From an uncultured Spirochaetota bacterium (GTDB lineage: Bacteria; Spirochaetota; Spirochaetia; SZUA-6; Fen-1364): a stretch of 64,000 bases of DNA. Location of the stretch: assembly GCA_963781885.1 (NCBI GenBank), contig CAWAHW010000005.1, forward strand, positions 270,168 to 334,167, in the 5' to 3' direction. This document shows positions 42,742 to 53,168 of the stretch, in pieces (the first letter of the stretch is position 1; every line of letters starts with the position of its first letter). A program made the translations under genes and the position numbers. The notes beneath the pieces are model-generated. The model searched no databases. It was not told the DNA's origin and saw only the letters and a program-made list of their open reading frames with translations.

Positions 42742-42850
42742 ACAGAGTTCAGTACCCGGCCCGCATCAGATCAAAACCACAAAGATTTGCCCCGGAATTG
42801 GGTCTCAGCGGGAAGATTCTCGTCCGGAGTGCTCCAACGATTTGTTAGCC
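42735..42850 (-). repeat. attC 10 (family A)
   Basis: Same architecture as attC 1. Confidence 0.9.
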
Positions 42851-42918
42851 ACACCCGTCAGAAACCGGCAGCAACGGGATGGAGTAGGGCAGTTTTATGG
42901 CCGGTCTTGTCTTGTGAT

Positions 42919-43209
42919 CTATGCTCCCAGGGCCTGAGCTACGGCCTCCGGGTTAATTGAAGCTACTCTCAATAAGGCTTGCGCGGGCCCTTCCGGTTTG
43001 CGCCGTCCTTGTTCCCAGTTCTGAAGCGTGGCAATACTCACCCCAATCATTAAGGCGAATTCGCTTTGGGACTTATGCAGCTTCTCACGAATCGCCCGTA
43101 CATCAGCGGGATTGAATACGGCTACTCTTGAAGGCTTCACTTTGCCGCGTTTGATCCTTCCGGCCTGCTTGATGCTTTGCGTAAGCTCGTTGAAATGCTT
43201 GGTGTTCAT
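42919..43209 (-). CDS. HigA-type HTH antitoxin
   Basis: SQSEFA..TLQNWEQGRRKPEGPA. Confidence 0.88.
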   Translation of the reverse strand: MNTKHFNELTQSIKQAGRIKRGKVKPSRVAVFNPADVRAIREKLHKSQSEFALMIGVSIATLQNWEQGRRKPEGPAQALLRVASINPEAVAQALGA

Positions 43210-43523
43210 TTGAACTCTCTCTCTACCAACTGCCTCAGGATCTTGGTCTGTTGAGCAGTAAGGTCTTCCTGTTCGTTTTTCGGATACAGATACAGCATGT
43301 AAATGGTGTCCGACGGCCTTTCCCAGTAGTAGATAACTCGGTACCCGCCGCGCTTACCGTGTCCCTTGCCGCCCCATCTCAGCTTGCGAAGGCCACCCGT
43401 TCCTGGAATAAGGGCACCTTGCTCGGGACGTAGCACAAGTGCCGTTTGGAGCAGTCGATATTCATCATCATGCAAGCTTTGATTAGCTATCTTTGTGAAT
43501 GTCGGCGTTTCCAGAAACTTCAT
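43206..43523 (-). CDS. RelE/HigB-type toxin
   Basis: GTGGLRKLRW..GKRGGYRVIYY; toxin-first order. Confidence 0.88.
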   Translation of the reverse strand: MKFLETPTFTKIANQSLHDDEYRLLQTALVLRPEQGALIPGTGGLRKLRWGGKGHGKRGGYRVIYYWERPSDTIYMLYLYPKNEQEDLTAQQTKILRQLVEREFK

Positions 43524-43528
43524 GTCCG

Positions 43529-43557
43529 AATGTACGCCAATGGCGGACAGTTGTCAA
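43529..43557 (-). promoter_or_regulatory. TA promoter with palindromic operator; probably a leaderless mRNA
   Basis: TTGACA-17 nt-TACATT, ATG 5 nt downstream; TGTCCGCCATTGGCGTACA palindrome. Confidence 0.75.
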
Positions 43558-43588
43558 CTACAGTTTGTGGCAAATCCGTCTTGGTTGT

Positions 43589-43703
43589 GGCTAACATAGA
43601 GTTCAGTACCCGGCCCGCATCAGAAAGAAACCACAAAGATTTGCCCCGGAATTGGGTCTCAGCAGGAAGATTCTAGCCGGAGTACTGCAACGATTTGTTA
43701 GAA
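43589..43703 (-). repeat. attC 11 (family A)
   Basis: CAGTAC/GTACTG stem variant. Confidence 0.9.
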
Positions 43704-43789
43704 GGTTTTCCTCTATGCGTTCAACCCTGACGCTTTTTGCAGAAGACCCTTTCGCTTTGACTATCTTCAATCTTCAAAACCATATTCCG

Positions 43790-44179
43790 CTATTTTGCAT
43801 TGGGGCGGTTCTTGGCGGTTTTGGCCGGCCGCTTTGTGGCACGAGGTCGTTTATGCAGTGGTTCATAGACTTTCAATGGGCCGCCGCCTGGCAGCCTAAT
43901 AGTGGTTAGCTTCCCCCAGGTAAGCGTTTGAACTTTGTTGCATTTGACGTTGTGCTTTCTCGTTTGATTGACGAAGGTGACGATGTCGTCGCACAGCAGG
44001 TAGAACTCCTGACTCCCGTCTTTATCTGAAGGGTGAACCGCGAGTTCAGATGGTGGAAGTGCAAAGATGAGCCAGTTGTCTCCGATGTCAACGTAGGGGA
44101 ACTCAAGGACGTCTCTGATGAATGCGCGATCCTTGTCAGGATTGGAACTGTAGATAATGGAATGGCTTCCAGTAATCAC
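43790..44179 (-). CDS. VOC/glyoxalase-like protein (cassette)
   Basis: DRAFIRDVL, WLIFALPPSELAVHP, WG..LPGGG..YEP. Confidence 0.8.
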   Translation of the reverse strand: MITGSHSIIYSSNPDKDRAFIRDVLEFPYVDIGDNWLIFALPPSELAVHPSDKDGSQEFYLLCDDIVTFVNQTRKHNVKCNKVQTLTWGKLTTIRLPGGGPLKVYEPLHKRPRATKRPAKTAKNRPNAK

Positions 44180-45418
44180 TGGCAGAACGCTCCTTTAACA
44201 ATAGATGCTGGCCCTGCAATATGACAGTGATGGTACTGCACATGGCGTCTTTTGAAAAGAAAGAAAATCTGAATGTCCTACCTAACACATCGTTGACACT
44301 ATTCTAAGCACATCGTTTACACTTTTTTCTTTGCCCTCATTGTGCGCCCAAGATCATCTTGGATGCGTAGGGTACGCTCGTCAAGGTAGCCGAGCAGTTT
44401 GTCACGATAGTACACCCGCCATTTCCCCTTGGCCATCTCTTGCAGTCCGACATACTTCTCAATCAGGGTTGTGCTAACAACCACCCACTTGCTGCCTCCC
44501 CAGCGAAGGGCTCCGTTACGGCACACATACTTCACACTCATCCCCTCAGGGTAGTTCCATTTCGGAATCTTGCGGGGAAGGCGCCGCGGGGAATTGCAGT
44601 AGAACTCTTTGGGCTTCCGTTGCCCTAGCGCCTGATGCGGACGTTCTTCGTTGTAGTCGCGGCGGAAGGCATCAAGCTTGCGCTGCTGTGGTCCCAGGCT
44701 ATACCCAGGCGGTCGTGTTGCCTCCGCCTTCAGCTCCTCATGCATGCGCTCATGGCTGCCGTTGTGCTCGGGGTGCCCAGGATCGGAGTACACAGGCTCA
44801 ATCCCCAAATCCATGAACCAGACAGCCAGCCGCGTTAGCCGTGAGAGACTGACAGCGCTGGCAAATGGCTCCCCGTTGTCGCTGTGGATCTGTTTGGGAA
44901 GGCCATGCTTCCTGAAAAGTGCCTGAAATACAGCCTTTGTGCCCTCAAAAGTAGGTCGGTGCATCCCCACCACCGCCAGCACATAGCGGCTGTAGGCGTC
45001 CATGACAGTCAGCGGGTAACAATAGCGCATGTTTCCCATGCGGAACTGACCCTTGAAGTCTACACTCCAGATCTCGTTAGGAGCCTTAGCCTCAAAGATT
45101 GGGTGCACCTCGCGAATCCGCCGTACCCGTCGACGCTTCTTTACAAGACCGTAGCGCTTCAAGATCAACGCAATGGTCAACACCGCCGGCAATTTGCCCC
45201 CACGCTGCCTCTTGCGTAGTTTCTCCTGCAATGTTTTATGTCAAGCGAAATTCCCCGAATTCACCAACAAGCTTCCCGAAAAACGCCACGGGAAATTCCC
45301 TGATTTTGCCATCGGGTTGTCTCCCGTGGATCACATGGATGGCGGCGGTGGCCTCCTTCCCAAGCGCCGCCATCGCACCACCACGCCGTGTTCTTCCGGA
45401 CATGGGGGATAGAATACG

Positions 45419-45622
45419 TTACCAGGTAGGCGAAACTGCTCCTTTCTCCCGGTTGTTGAGCATGACAAATTTCCGAACCTGCTCCTGAAGGTCCTGCTCG
45501 GAATACACATTGGGATGGGGTTCGTTTCCGAATTGCTGGAGCAACCGGCGCTCAAGCTCATCGTCGATCTCCATCCGTCCAGGGAAGCGGAGCCGGTCTA
45601 TCATGATCCGTGTGAGTGTCAT
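45419..45622 (-). CDS. 67-aa ORF inside IS21, coupled to istB
   Basis: ATGA overlap with the istB stop; AAGGA RBS upstream. Confidence 0.5.
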   Translation of the reverse strand: MTLTRIMIDRLRFPGRMEIDDELERRLLQQFGNEPHPNVYSEQDLQEQVRKFVMLNNREKGAVSPTW

Positions 45623-46410
45623 TTTGGTTCCTTTCCTACAGGCGCCTTTGGCTGGGCGCCGTCTCGCATAAGGGCGTGCGTCATGCGATAACTCTTGGCT
45701 TCGAACATAATCAAGTGCCCATGGTGGACGAGCCGGTCGATCATCGCTGCTGCCATCTGCTCGTCGGTGAATATGCCTCCCCATTTGGAGAACTCCAAGT
45801 TGGTCGTCAGGATCAGGCTCTTGCTCTCATAGCTGTCGGCGATGATCCGAAACAGCAGTTGCGATCCCTCCCGGTCCACGGGGACATACCCCCATTCATC
45901 CAGGATCAGAAGGTCAAGTTGCTTGAGATCGCGCACAAGGCGCTCAAGGGTACCATTGCGATAAGCGTCGGACAGTTTGAGCACGAGTTCGGTGACCGTG
46001 AAGAACCGGACCAAGCTGCCCATCTCGCACGCGCTGATCCCAAGGGCGATCGCCATGTGTGTCTTGCCGGTCCCCACGCCGCCGTAGAGGACAAGGTTTT
46101 TCTTCTCCCGCACGAAGAGGCAGGCCAGCATTTCCTCCCGGCTGAAGGTAGGGGGCAGACGGATGTCCGAAAAATCGTATCCCTCAAAGCTCTTGAAGAC
46201 TGGGAATGCGGCCCTGTTCAGCAGTCGGCTCTTCTTGCCGCGCTCTCTTCGGGCTATCTCCTCGCCCAGCACACGATGGAGGAACTCCTCTTGCCGTGGT
46301 GTCGCCTCCGTCTCGCATAGCTCGGCGACCCTTGCGGAGAGCATCAACCTCCGACTGAAGTCCATGATGTCGCGGCGCTGCTGCTCGCGCTCCAATCCAG
46401 GTTTGCTCAT
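45619..46410 (-). CDS. istB: IS21 helper ATPase
   Basis: GGVGTGKT, LDEWGY, DRLVHH. Confidence 0.93.
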   Translation of the reverse strand: MSKPGLEREQQRRDIMDFSRRLMLSARVAELCETEATPRQEEFLHRVLGEEIARRERGKKSRLLNRAAFPVFKSFEGYDFSDIRLPPTFSREEMLACLFVREKKNLVLYGGVGTGKTHMAIALGISACEMGSLVRFFTVTELVLKLSDAYRNGTLERLVRDLKQLDLLILDEWGYVPVDREGSQLLFRIIADSYESKSLILTTNLEFSKWGGIFTDEQMAAAMIDRLVHHGHLIMFEAKSYRMTHALMRDGAQPKAPVGKEPK

Positions 46411-47873
46411 GACTGGCCAAGCCTCTGGAGGAGCTCGTCATAGACGCGCAGATCCTGCCCACGCTCCGGGGCCACCTCCAGTCCATAGCCGCTGATGCGG
46501 GCCGCGAGCGCCGCCGCGTCGCAGAAGGCGGTCCGGTTGATCCGCAGGCCCTCCTCAAGGGCATGCAAGGCCGTCTCGAAGCTGTATGTAGTCGTAAGCT
46601 GGTGCATCGTGCGCAGGGTAGCCCGCAGCTGGTCCCTAGGCTGCCTGTCCATGGCGTCCTTCAATACCGTCGGGACCATTTCCCTGATCCCGCTGTTCTG
46701 CCACGCCCCTGCATTGTTCATCAGTACGGCCAGGGAGGTCCGGTAGTCGCAGGTGTCGCTTCGCTGTGGCCCATAGTTGCGGGTGTGCCCAACCAGCACC
46801 TGCTTGCTCTCCCTGTCCAGGATGTCGATGGTGTGGGCGCGGATTGCTACCAACACCTCCTGCCCTGCGTACTCCGGGCACGTGGAATAATGGTGCCGGG
46901 CGTCGATGCGCACCTTCCCGTAGCCATCGGCCTTAACATATTCGTAGCGCACGACATCGAAGGGCATCCGCGGCGGGGGCATCAGGGCCGAGCGGTCGAC
47001 CTCGAACAGCTGCCCGATGGGCTGCAGCTTCTTGTAATGCGCCTCCGCCGCCTTGGCCTCGTGCAAGTCCAGCAGTTGGCGGTTGTACGCCTCGATGTCG
47101 GTGAACTCCGGCTCCGGCACGAACAGGTTCCGGCGGGTATAGCCAATCTTGCTTTCGACGTTCCCCTTCTCGTGGCCCGATTCCGGGTTGCAGAAACGCA
47201 CGGAGAAGCCGTAATGCGCCCTCATCCGCTGGAACAGCTTCGCCTCGTGGATGATCTCTCCCACCCTGCGCCCTACCCCCGTGGCGTTGTCGAACACGAT
47301 GAGCGGGGACACCCCGCCGATGTAGCCGAAGATGTCCTTGAGCCCTTGGCAGACGCATTCAGCGGTCTCGCCGCCGAATACCTGAGTGAGGCTGTTGTTG
47401 CTGTACGGGAAGGAGAGCGTCAGGTATTTCTTGCGCACCAACTCCCCCCGCTCGCGGAAGTCCGCTTCGCCGAAGTCGCACTGTGACTCGCCTGGGTGCC
47501 AAACCAGCTCCTGGCTCGCCCGCAGGGCCCGCTGTGCACTGAGCCTGTCCTTCACGTAGCGCTGGACCGCGTTGTACGCGCAATCGTAGCCCAGCGATTC
47601 GGTCTTGAGCCGGTCGTGGATCCGCTTCGCCGTATGGCGCTGCTTGTACCAGCGCCCCTGGTCCTCCTCGAGCCACCTGTCGATCAGCGGCTTGTGCGGA
47701 TCGAGCTTCGATGGCCGTGCGGCATCCTCCGGCGGGTGTGGCGAGAAGTCCTCCTGCTTCAGGTATTTCCGGACCGTCTTTTCATCGATGGCCAGCTCCC
47801 GCGCGATTCCCGCAACTGATTGTCCATCACGGGCCATCTCCTTTATGCTGTTAATCTGGGGCATGTTGAGCAC
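46407..47873 (-). CDS. istA: IS21 transposase
   Basis: HTH, QCDFG, FDNA, EKGNVE. Confidence 0.92.
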   Translation of the reverse strand: MLNMPQINSIKEMARDGQSVAGIARELAIDEKTVRKYLKQEDFSPHPPEDAARPSKLDPHKPLIDRWLEEDQGRWYKQRHTAKRIHDRLKTESLGYDCAYNAVQRYVKDRLSAQRALRASQELVWHPGESQCDFGEADFRERGELVRKKYLTLSFPYSNNSLTQVFGGETAECVCQGLKDIFGYIGGVSPLIVFDNATGVGRRVGEIIHEAKLFQRMRAHYGFSVRFCNPESGHEKGNVESKIGYTRRNLFVPEPEFTDIEAYNRQLLDLHEAKAAEAHYKKLQPIGQLFEVDRSALMPPPRMPFDVVRYEYVKADGYGKVRIDARHHYSTCPEYAGQEVLVAIRAHTIDILDRESKQVLVGHTRNYGPQRSDTCDYRTSLAVLMNNAGAWQNSGIREMVPTVLKDAMDRQPRDQLRATLRTMHQLTTTYSFETALHALEEGLRINRTAFCDAAALAARISGYGLEVAPERGQDLRVYDELLQRLGQS

Positions 47874-48404
47874 CTCTCTTGATCCTCCTCCGTCGTGGTT
47901 GGTCCCTCGACGGGGATTCTTGATTCTTGGGAGCAGTGTTTCAACTGCCCCTGATTTTTCTCGGGAATTTCCCGTGGCGAAATCAGGGAACACCTCGTGG
48001 TGTTTTCAGGGATTTTCAGCTTACATTAAACACTGCAACTTCAACGGCCCCAAGCGCGGCCTCTTGCGCCGCCACTCTACGATGGCCTCCTCTACTTCCT
48101 TGGAGGTACGGTTCCACACACGTCGAGGAGCTCGCGACTGCTCTTGCAGCCCGGCCATTCCCTGGAGCAAATACCGCGCTATGTATCGGTACGCAAGGGT
48201 CCGTGAAATCCCGAAGGATACGCACAGATCACTGACGCTGCTCTCACCTGACTCCCATTCCAGAATGAAGCTCGCCTTTTCGTCCATCGCTGAACTCTCC
48301 TTCCATGGCATTGAGGTCTCCTCCTGGAGAAGACCATGCCCATAAAAGTGTCAACGATGTGCTTAGAATTCTGTACACGATGTGCTCGGACAGGACCGAA
48401 AACC

Positions 48405-48519
48405 TTCTAACATAGAGTTGAGCACCCGGCCCGCATCAGACAAAGACCACGAAGATTGGCACCTGAAGCGGGTCTATTCGAGCAAATTCAGCCTGGAGTG
48501 CTCCAACGACTTGTTATGC
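48405..48519 (-). repeat. attC 12 (family A)
   Basis: Same architecture as attC 1. Confidence 0.9.
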
Positions 48520-48543
48520 ACATTTGACCTTACCTACTGCGTA

Positions 48544-49809
48544 CTAAGCGCGGAACGATTCCAGCGCCCGAAAGTCCAACGTGGCAAAGTAGTCGTCCTC
48601 GGTCTCAGCCCTCCGGATCTGAAGCACTGAGCCATCTTCCCTAAGTAGTAGCTCCGCCGAGCGAAGCTTGCCGTTGTAGTTGAAACCCATTGAATGGCCA
48701 TGAGCCCCGGTGTCGTGAATGACAAGAAGGTCTCCTATTTGGATTTCAGGTAGGTTGCGGTCCACCGCAAATCTGTCGATCGGTTCGCAGAGTGATCCAG
48801 TTACGTCGTACAGGCAGTTGTGAGGAGCCTGTTCCTTCCCAAGAACGCTAATGTGGTGGTAGGCCTCGTACATGCCTGGCCGCATGAGATGGGCCATAGA
48901 GGCATCCAGTCCCACATGCTTTTTGTAGATGTCCTTGATGTGCAGTACTCGCGAGACCAAATAGCCGTACGGACCGGTGATCATCCTGCCGCACTCCATG
49001 AAAAGACTCAGCGGATGCAGGCCGTTGGCTTGAATGATCTGATCATACACCCGTCTGATTCCGTTGCTTACGACCTCCAGATCAACCGCACGTTCCTCCG
49101 GTTTGTAGGGAATGCCAATGCCGCCGCTGATGTTGACGAACTCCGTGCGGAGGCCGGTGCGTTTGTTGGCCTCGACACTGAGATCAAACATCATTTTGGC
49201 GGTATCAACGAAATACTGTGGATTCAGTTCGTTGGAGGCGATGAAAGTATGGAGTCCGAAACGGGTCGCCCCTCTGTCGCGCAACTGCTGAAGACCTTGG
49301 AAGACCTGTTCCCTGGTGAATCCGTACTTCGCCTTTTCGGGATTACCCATGATGAAGCTGCCATCCCGGAGCTTGCCAGGGTTGTAGCGGATGGAGATCA
49401 GCTTCGGAATGCCGCCGTTGCGTTCCAGAAAGGGGATGTGGCTTATGTCGTCGAGGTTGATTGTAGCGCCCAGCTCTCGGGCCTTCACGAACTCTGCCGA
49501 GGGAGTGTCGTTTGAGCTGAACATGATCTCGCTACCAATGAACCCGGCCCGTTGGGCAAGCAGCAGTTCGGGCAGTGAGCTGCAGTCCGTTCAAAACCCT
49601 TCGGTTCTCAGAATCTTGAGAATGAAAGGGTTGGGTGTCGCCTTGACGGCGAAGTACTCCTTGAATCCCAGATTCCAACTAAAAACCTTCACCAGTCTGG
49701 CCGCGTTCCGACGGATTGCTCTCTCGTCATAGATATGGAACGGCGTGGGAAACCGGGAGGCGATCTGTTCAAGCTGTTTCGGCTCGAAAGGATGGGTCTT
49801 TTGTTGCAT
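48544..49809 (-). pseudogene. lysA: Diaminopimelate decarboxylase with one in-frame TGA at 49591-49593 (cassette)
   Basis: TPFHIYDE, FAVKA, GSLCE, GAHGHSMGFNYN; both ORF pieces are in one frame. Confidence 0.85.
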
Positions 49810-49876
49810 GCAGGTTCCTCGGCATGTGGTATGGGAGAAAGTAGCGACTCCAGCATCGTGCGCCTATCAATTCCCA

Positions 49877-51194
49877 TGTCCTAACTAACACATCGTTGAC
49901 ACTTTTCTCAGCACATCCTAACAGTTTGGCGCTGCCCGACGCAGGCGCCCGAGCTCATCTTGGATACGCAACTCTCGCTCGTCAAGGTAGCCTAACAGGG
50001 TGTTGCGGTAGTACACGCGCCACTTGCCCTTCACGATCTGCTCCAGTCCGACGTACTTCTCGATCAACGTTGTGCTGACGACGACCCACTTGCTGGAGCC
50101 CCAGCGGATTGCCCCGTTGCGGCAAACATATTTCGTGCACATGCCCTCTGGATAGTGCCAGGTTCTTGGTGCGCGCGGAAGGCGGCGAGGGGAGTGGTGG
50201 TAGAACTCCTCGGGCCTTCGCTGTCCCAGCGTCTGATGAGGACGCTGCACGTTGTAGAAGTGACGAAAGGCATCGAACTTGTGCTGTTGCTGAACCAGGC
50301 CATGGGCGGCTGGCTTAGTGGCCTCTGCCTTCAGCTCTTCGTGCATTCGTTCGTGACTACCGTTCTGCTCAGGGTGAGCCGGGTCGGAATAAACCGGCTG
50401 GATTCCAAGATCCATCAGCCAGACGGCAAGCCGCGTCAGCCGCGCGAGGCTCACCCCACTACCAAAGGGCTCTCCGTTGTCACTGTGGATCTGCTTGGGC
50501 AAGCCGTACTTCTTGAAAAGGGCCTCAAATACGGCCTTTGTGCCCTCATATGTGGGATTATGCATTCCCACCACAGCCAGCACAAAGCGGCTGTAAGCGT
50601 CCATCACCGTCAGCGGGTAGCAATAGCGCCCGTCGCCCATGCGGAACTTTCCTTTGAAGTCCACGCTCCAGATCTCGTTGGGGGCCTTCGCCTCAAAGAT
50701 CGGGTGCATCTCTCGAATGCGACGAACGCGGCGCCGCTTCTTGACGAGGCCATAGCGTTTGAGCACCAAGGCGATCGTCGCCACCGAAGGCACCTTCCGC
50801 CGACCACCGTACCTCTCCGTCAGTAGCTGAAAGATCTTCAGCGGACCCATGCGAGGCCACTTGCCTCGTATCCGTACGATCGCCCGCTCGATGCTCGGGG
50901 CAGTGCGGTTCCACACCCGCCGGGGAGCCCGCGATTGCTCTTTGAGTCCCGCTACCCCCCGCAACAGATAGCGTAATATGTAGCGGTAACCCAAGGTACG
51001 GGAGATACCATAAGATTTGCACAGAGCAGTGAACGTGTGCTGGCCCGACTCCCACTCAAGAACGAAACTAGCCTTCTCGTCCATCGCTGACCTTTGCCTC
51101 CAGGGCATCCGGCTCTCCTCTCGGAGAAAACGTCGCCCAAAAAAGTGTCAACGATGTGCTTAGAATTCTGTCAACGATGTGCTTAGACAGGACC
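49877..51194 (-). mobile_element. IS481-like element, copy 3 (no target duplication)
   Basis: Near-identical to copy 1; abuts a half-deleted attC. Confidence 0.9.
49918..51108 (-). CDS. IS481-family transposase
   Basis: Near-identical to 41007-42191. Confidence 0.9.
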   Translation of the reverse strand: MPWRQRSAMDEKASFVLEWESGQHTFTALCKSYGISRTLGYRYILRYLLRGVAGLKEQSRAPRRVWNRTAPSIERAIVRIRGKWPRMGPLKIFQLLTERYGGRRKVPSVATIALVLKRYGLVKKRRRVRRIREMHPIFEAKAPNEIWSVDFKGKFRMGDGRYCYPLTVMDAYSRFVLAVVGMHNPTYEGTKAVFEALFKKYGLPKQIHSDNGEPFGSGVSLARLTRLAVWLMDLGIQPVYSDPAHPEQNGSHERMHEELKAEATKPAAHGLVQQQHKFDAFRHFYNVQRPHQTLGQRRPEEFYHHSPRRLPRAPRTWHYPEGMCTKYVCRNGAIRWGSSKWVVVSTTLIEKYVGLEQIVKGKWRVYYRNTLLGYLDERELRIQDELGRLRRAAPNC

Positions 51195-51199
51195 GGGGG

Positions 51200-51284
51200 T
51201 CAGACAGAGACCACAAAGATTGGCGCCGGAAGCGGGTCTGATGGATCAAATTATAGTCCGGAGTGCTCCAACGACTTGTTAGAT
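51200..51284 (-). repeat. attC 13 (family A), L'/R' arm deleted
   Basis: Only the central loop and GTGCTCCAACGACTTGTTA remain. Confidence 0.8.
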
Positions 51285-51432
51285 TGCGCTCTCAAATTCC
51301 TCCGACGCAGCAAGATGGCATCAGGTAATCTGCCGGCATGCTGCAGTCGGAGGACGGCACCTAGGCCCTGCCGGTCAGTTTAGGACCGCAACCAGTCTGC
51401 ATCCCGCGCCCACGGCTTCTAGTGGACGGCTC

Positions 51433-51918
51433 CTATTTCGACAATCCGAGGTTGATTGACATGAAACATACCTTGAAAGGGAGATGTGGGATGCTCCTGC
51501 AGTCGTGTTGGGCAAAGCCCTTTGACTGATACCATTGCTTCAGGATTCGATTGCTGTCCATCAGGCCGATTGAAGCAATTTTTCCTCCGTTTGTCCGAAT
51601 GTTTTCCATGGCGAAAGATAGAAGTTGCCCGCCGTAGCCACGATGCCTTTCGTCAGGGGCTACCGCAAGCCTCTCGATGTAGAAGACGCCATGGTCTGCC
51701 TTTGATGCTTTTGTCGCAACACAGCCAACCAGCAAACCGTCACGGAACATTCCAAACAGCTTCAAACCGGTTCTGAGATGGAGGCGTAAATTGTCCAAAG
51801 TAGTGAAGGCGGCATTGGTTGGAGCAGACGCCTCTGTAAGGCCGAAGTCTTTTGCAACAGTTCCAAACGCGGCCCGAAGAAGGTTTACACACTCAGGCAG
51901 GTCTTGCCCTTCGCGCAA
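51433..51918 (-). CDS. GNAT family N-acetyltransferase (cassette; start uncertain)
   Basis: IERLAV..RHRGYGGQL, WYQSKGF. Confidence 0.8.
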   Translation of the reverse strand: MREGQDLPECVNLLRAAFGTVAKDFGLTEASAPTNAAFTTLDNLRLHLRTGLKLFGMFRDGLLVGCVATKASKADHGVFYIERLAVAPDERHRGYGGQLLSFAMENIRTNGGKIASIGLMDSNRILKQWYQSKGFAQHDCRSIPHLPFKVCFMSINLGLSK

Positions 51919-51983
51919 CTCCCTAGTAAGCTAGAGCAGGCAACATAGTCTCACAGAATAGCGCGTCCGGTTAATTTAGCGCA

Positions 51984-52096
51984 ATCTAACATAGAGTTCA
52001 GTAGCGCCGCCGCATCAACCAGGAGATTGCGAATTTGGAACTGCACTGTTCGATCCAGGCGGCCTTCAAGGCGACTACTGCAACGATTTGTTAGGG
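51984..52096 (-). repeat. attC 14 (family C)
   Basis: GTTCAGTAGCGCC...GGCGACTACTGCAAC. Confidence 0.88.
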
Positions 52097-53168
52097 CTTG
52101 GTGTCCCAAACTGCCGCTTCTTGTACCAAAATCTGGGTCTTCTCCGTTTTGAGTGGGTCAATTCTACGAGAATTCAGGAAGCATGCAGGTCAGAACTTTC
52201 AAGCGTAGATACTCTTCATCATGGATGCCATACGCTCTTCGCTGTATGACGCGGATTTTATTGTTCAGGCCCTCCACGAATCCAAGAGGCACTTTGTTTT
52301 CGGGACGGCAATGTGAAGCGATCCCTTCCCAATGCTTCTCAACCAATTTGGAGAAGCTCTGGAAAGGTTTCAGTCGCTGCCACTTCAAGGAAGCCTTCCA
52401 GTTCTGAAAGAACTTCAAAGCCCATGTCTCTGAGCGGTAGTCCCATAGCTGAGGGAAGGATTCTTTGAGCAGATATGCGACGTTTAGCCTTTTATTCACT
52501 GTCCACAACACTTTCAATGCTCTGCGACCATCAAGCGTTAGGTTCTCTGAGGAAGAAAGCAAAGTGTAACGTTGACCCTTGATGAATTTCTTCTGTCTTT
52601 CCGTTGCCCTTCGGTATTCCTTGCGTCGGACCGTATCCAAGGCGTCGTTGAGGTGACGAATGACATGAAACTTGTCGTAGAGAATTGATGCTTGAGGTGC
52701 ATGGCGCATAGTGGAAGCTTCAAAGGGCTTCCACCTGTCCATCACCGCAAGCCGTATTTTGCTGCATTTTCGGGGGGTTAAGAAAGCATAGAACTCGTCC
52801 ATGCTTTGTTCACTGCGATCCTTGCCGCCAAACCAGATCGGACGTCTCTGCTGGAGATCACTGACCACGATGCGGTAACTATGCCCCTTACGGATGCTGA
52901 TTTCATCTATACCGATGGCCTGCGGCCTGGCGGGTCCAGCTCGACGGAGCTTTTCTTCCATGTATTCTATTTCAAGGGCTTTCGCGGTTTTCCAGTCCAA
53001 CCGCAATTCCTTCGCAACGTCACTGATAGAGGATTCCTGACAACGCTTTCCAACGTAGTATGCAAACCGCTTCGTATAACCGTTGGTCTTCGCAAGCCAA
53101 TCCATCTTTTCTTGCCGGACCATATCATAGCGTAGACATCGTGTGCGTCGAGATTCAATCTCTATAGA

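Larger units (their letters stand above)
45232..48032 (-). mobile_element. IS21-family element nested in IS481 copy 2
   Basis: TGT...ACA IRs; CTGCAA 6-bp duplication; istA and istB. Confidence 0.92.
44317..48311 (-). pseudogene. IS481-family transposase interrupted by IS21
   Basis: MPWKESSAM..PLKLQ joins EKLRKR..WSVDFKG across the insertion. Confidence 0.85.
44274..48397 (-). mobile_element. IS481-like element, copy 2 (diverged), disrupted by IS21
   Basis: Same end motifs as copy 1; GAA duplication; transposase halves at 48033-48311 and 44317-45231. Confidence 0.88.

Noticed and set aside
48544-49809. UGA reassigned to Gly (alternative genetic code)
   Set aside because: Only one in-frame TGA in lysA, and many genes in the window end in TGA.
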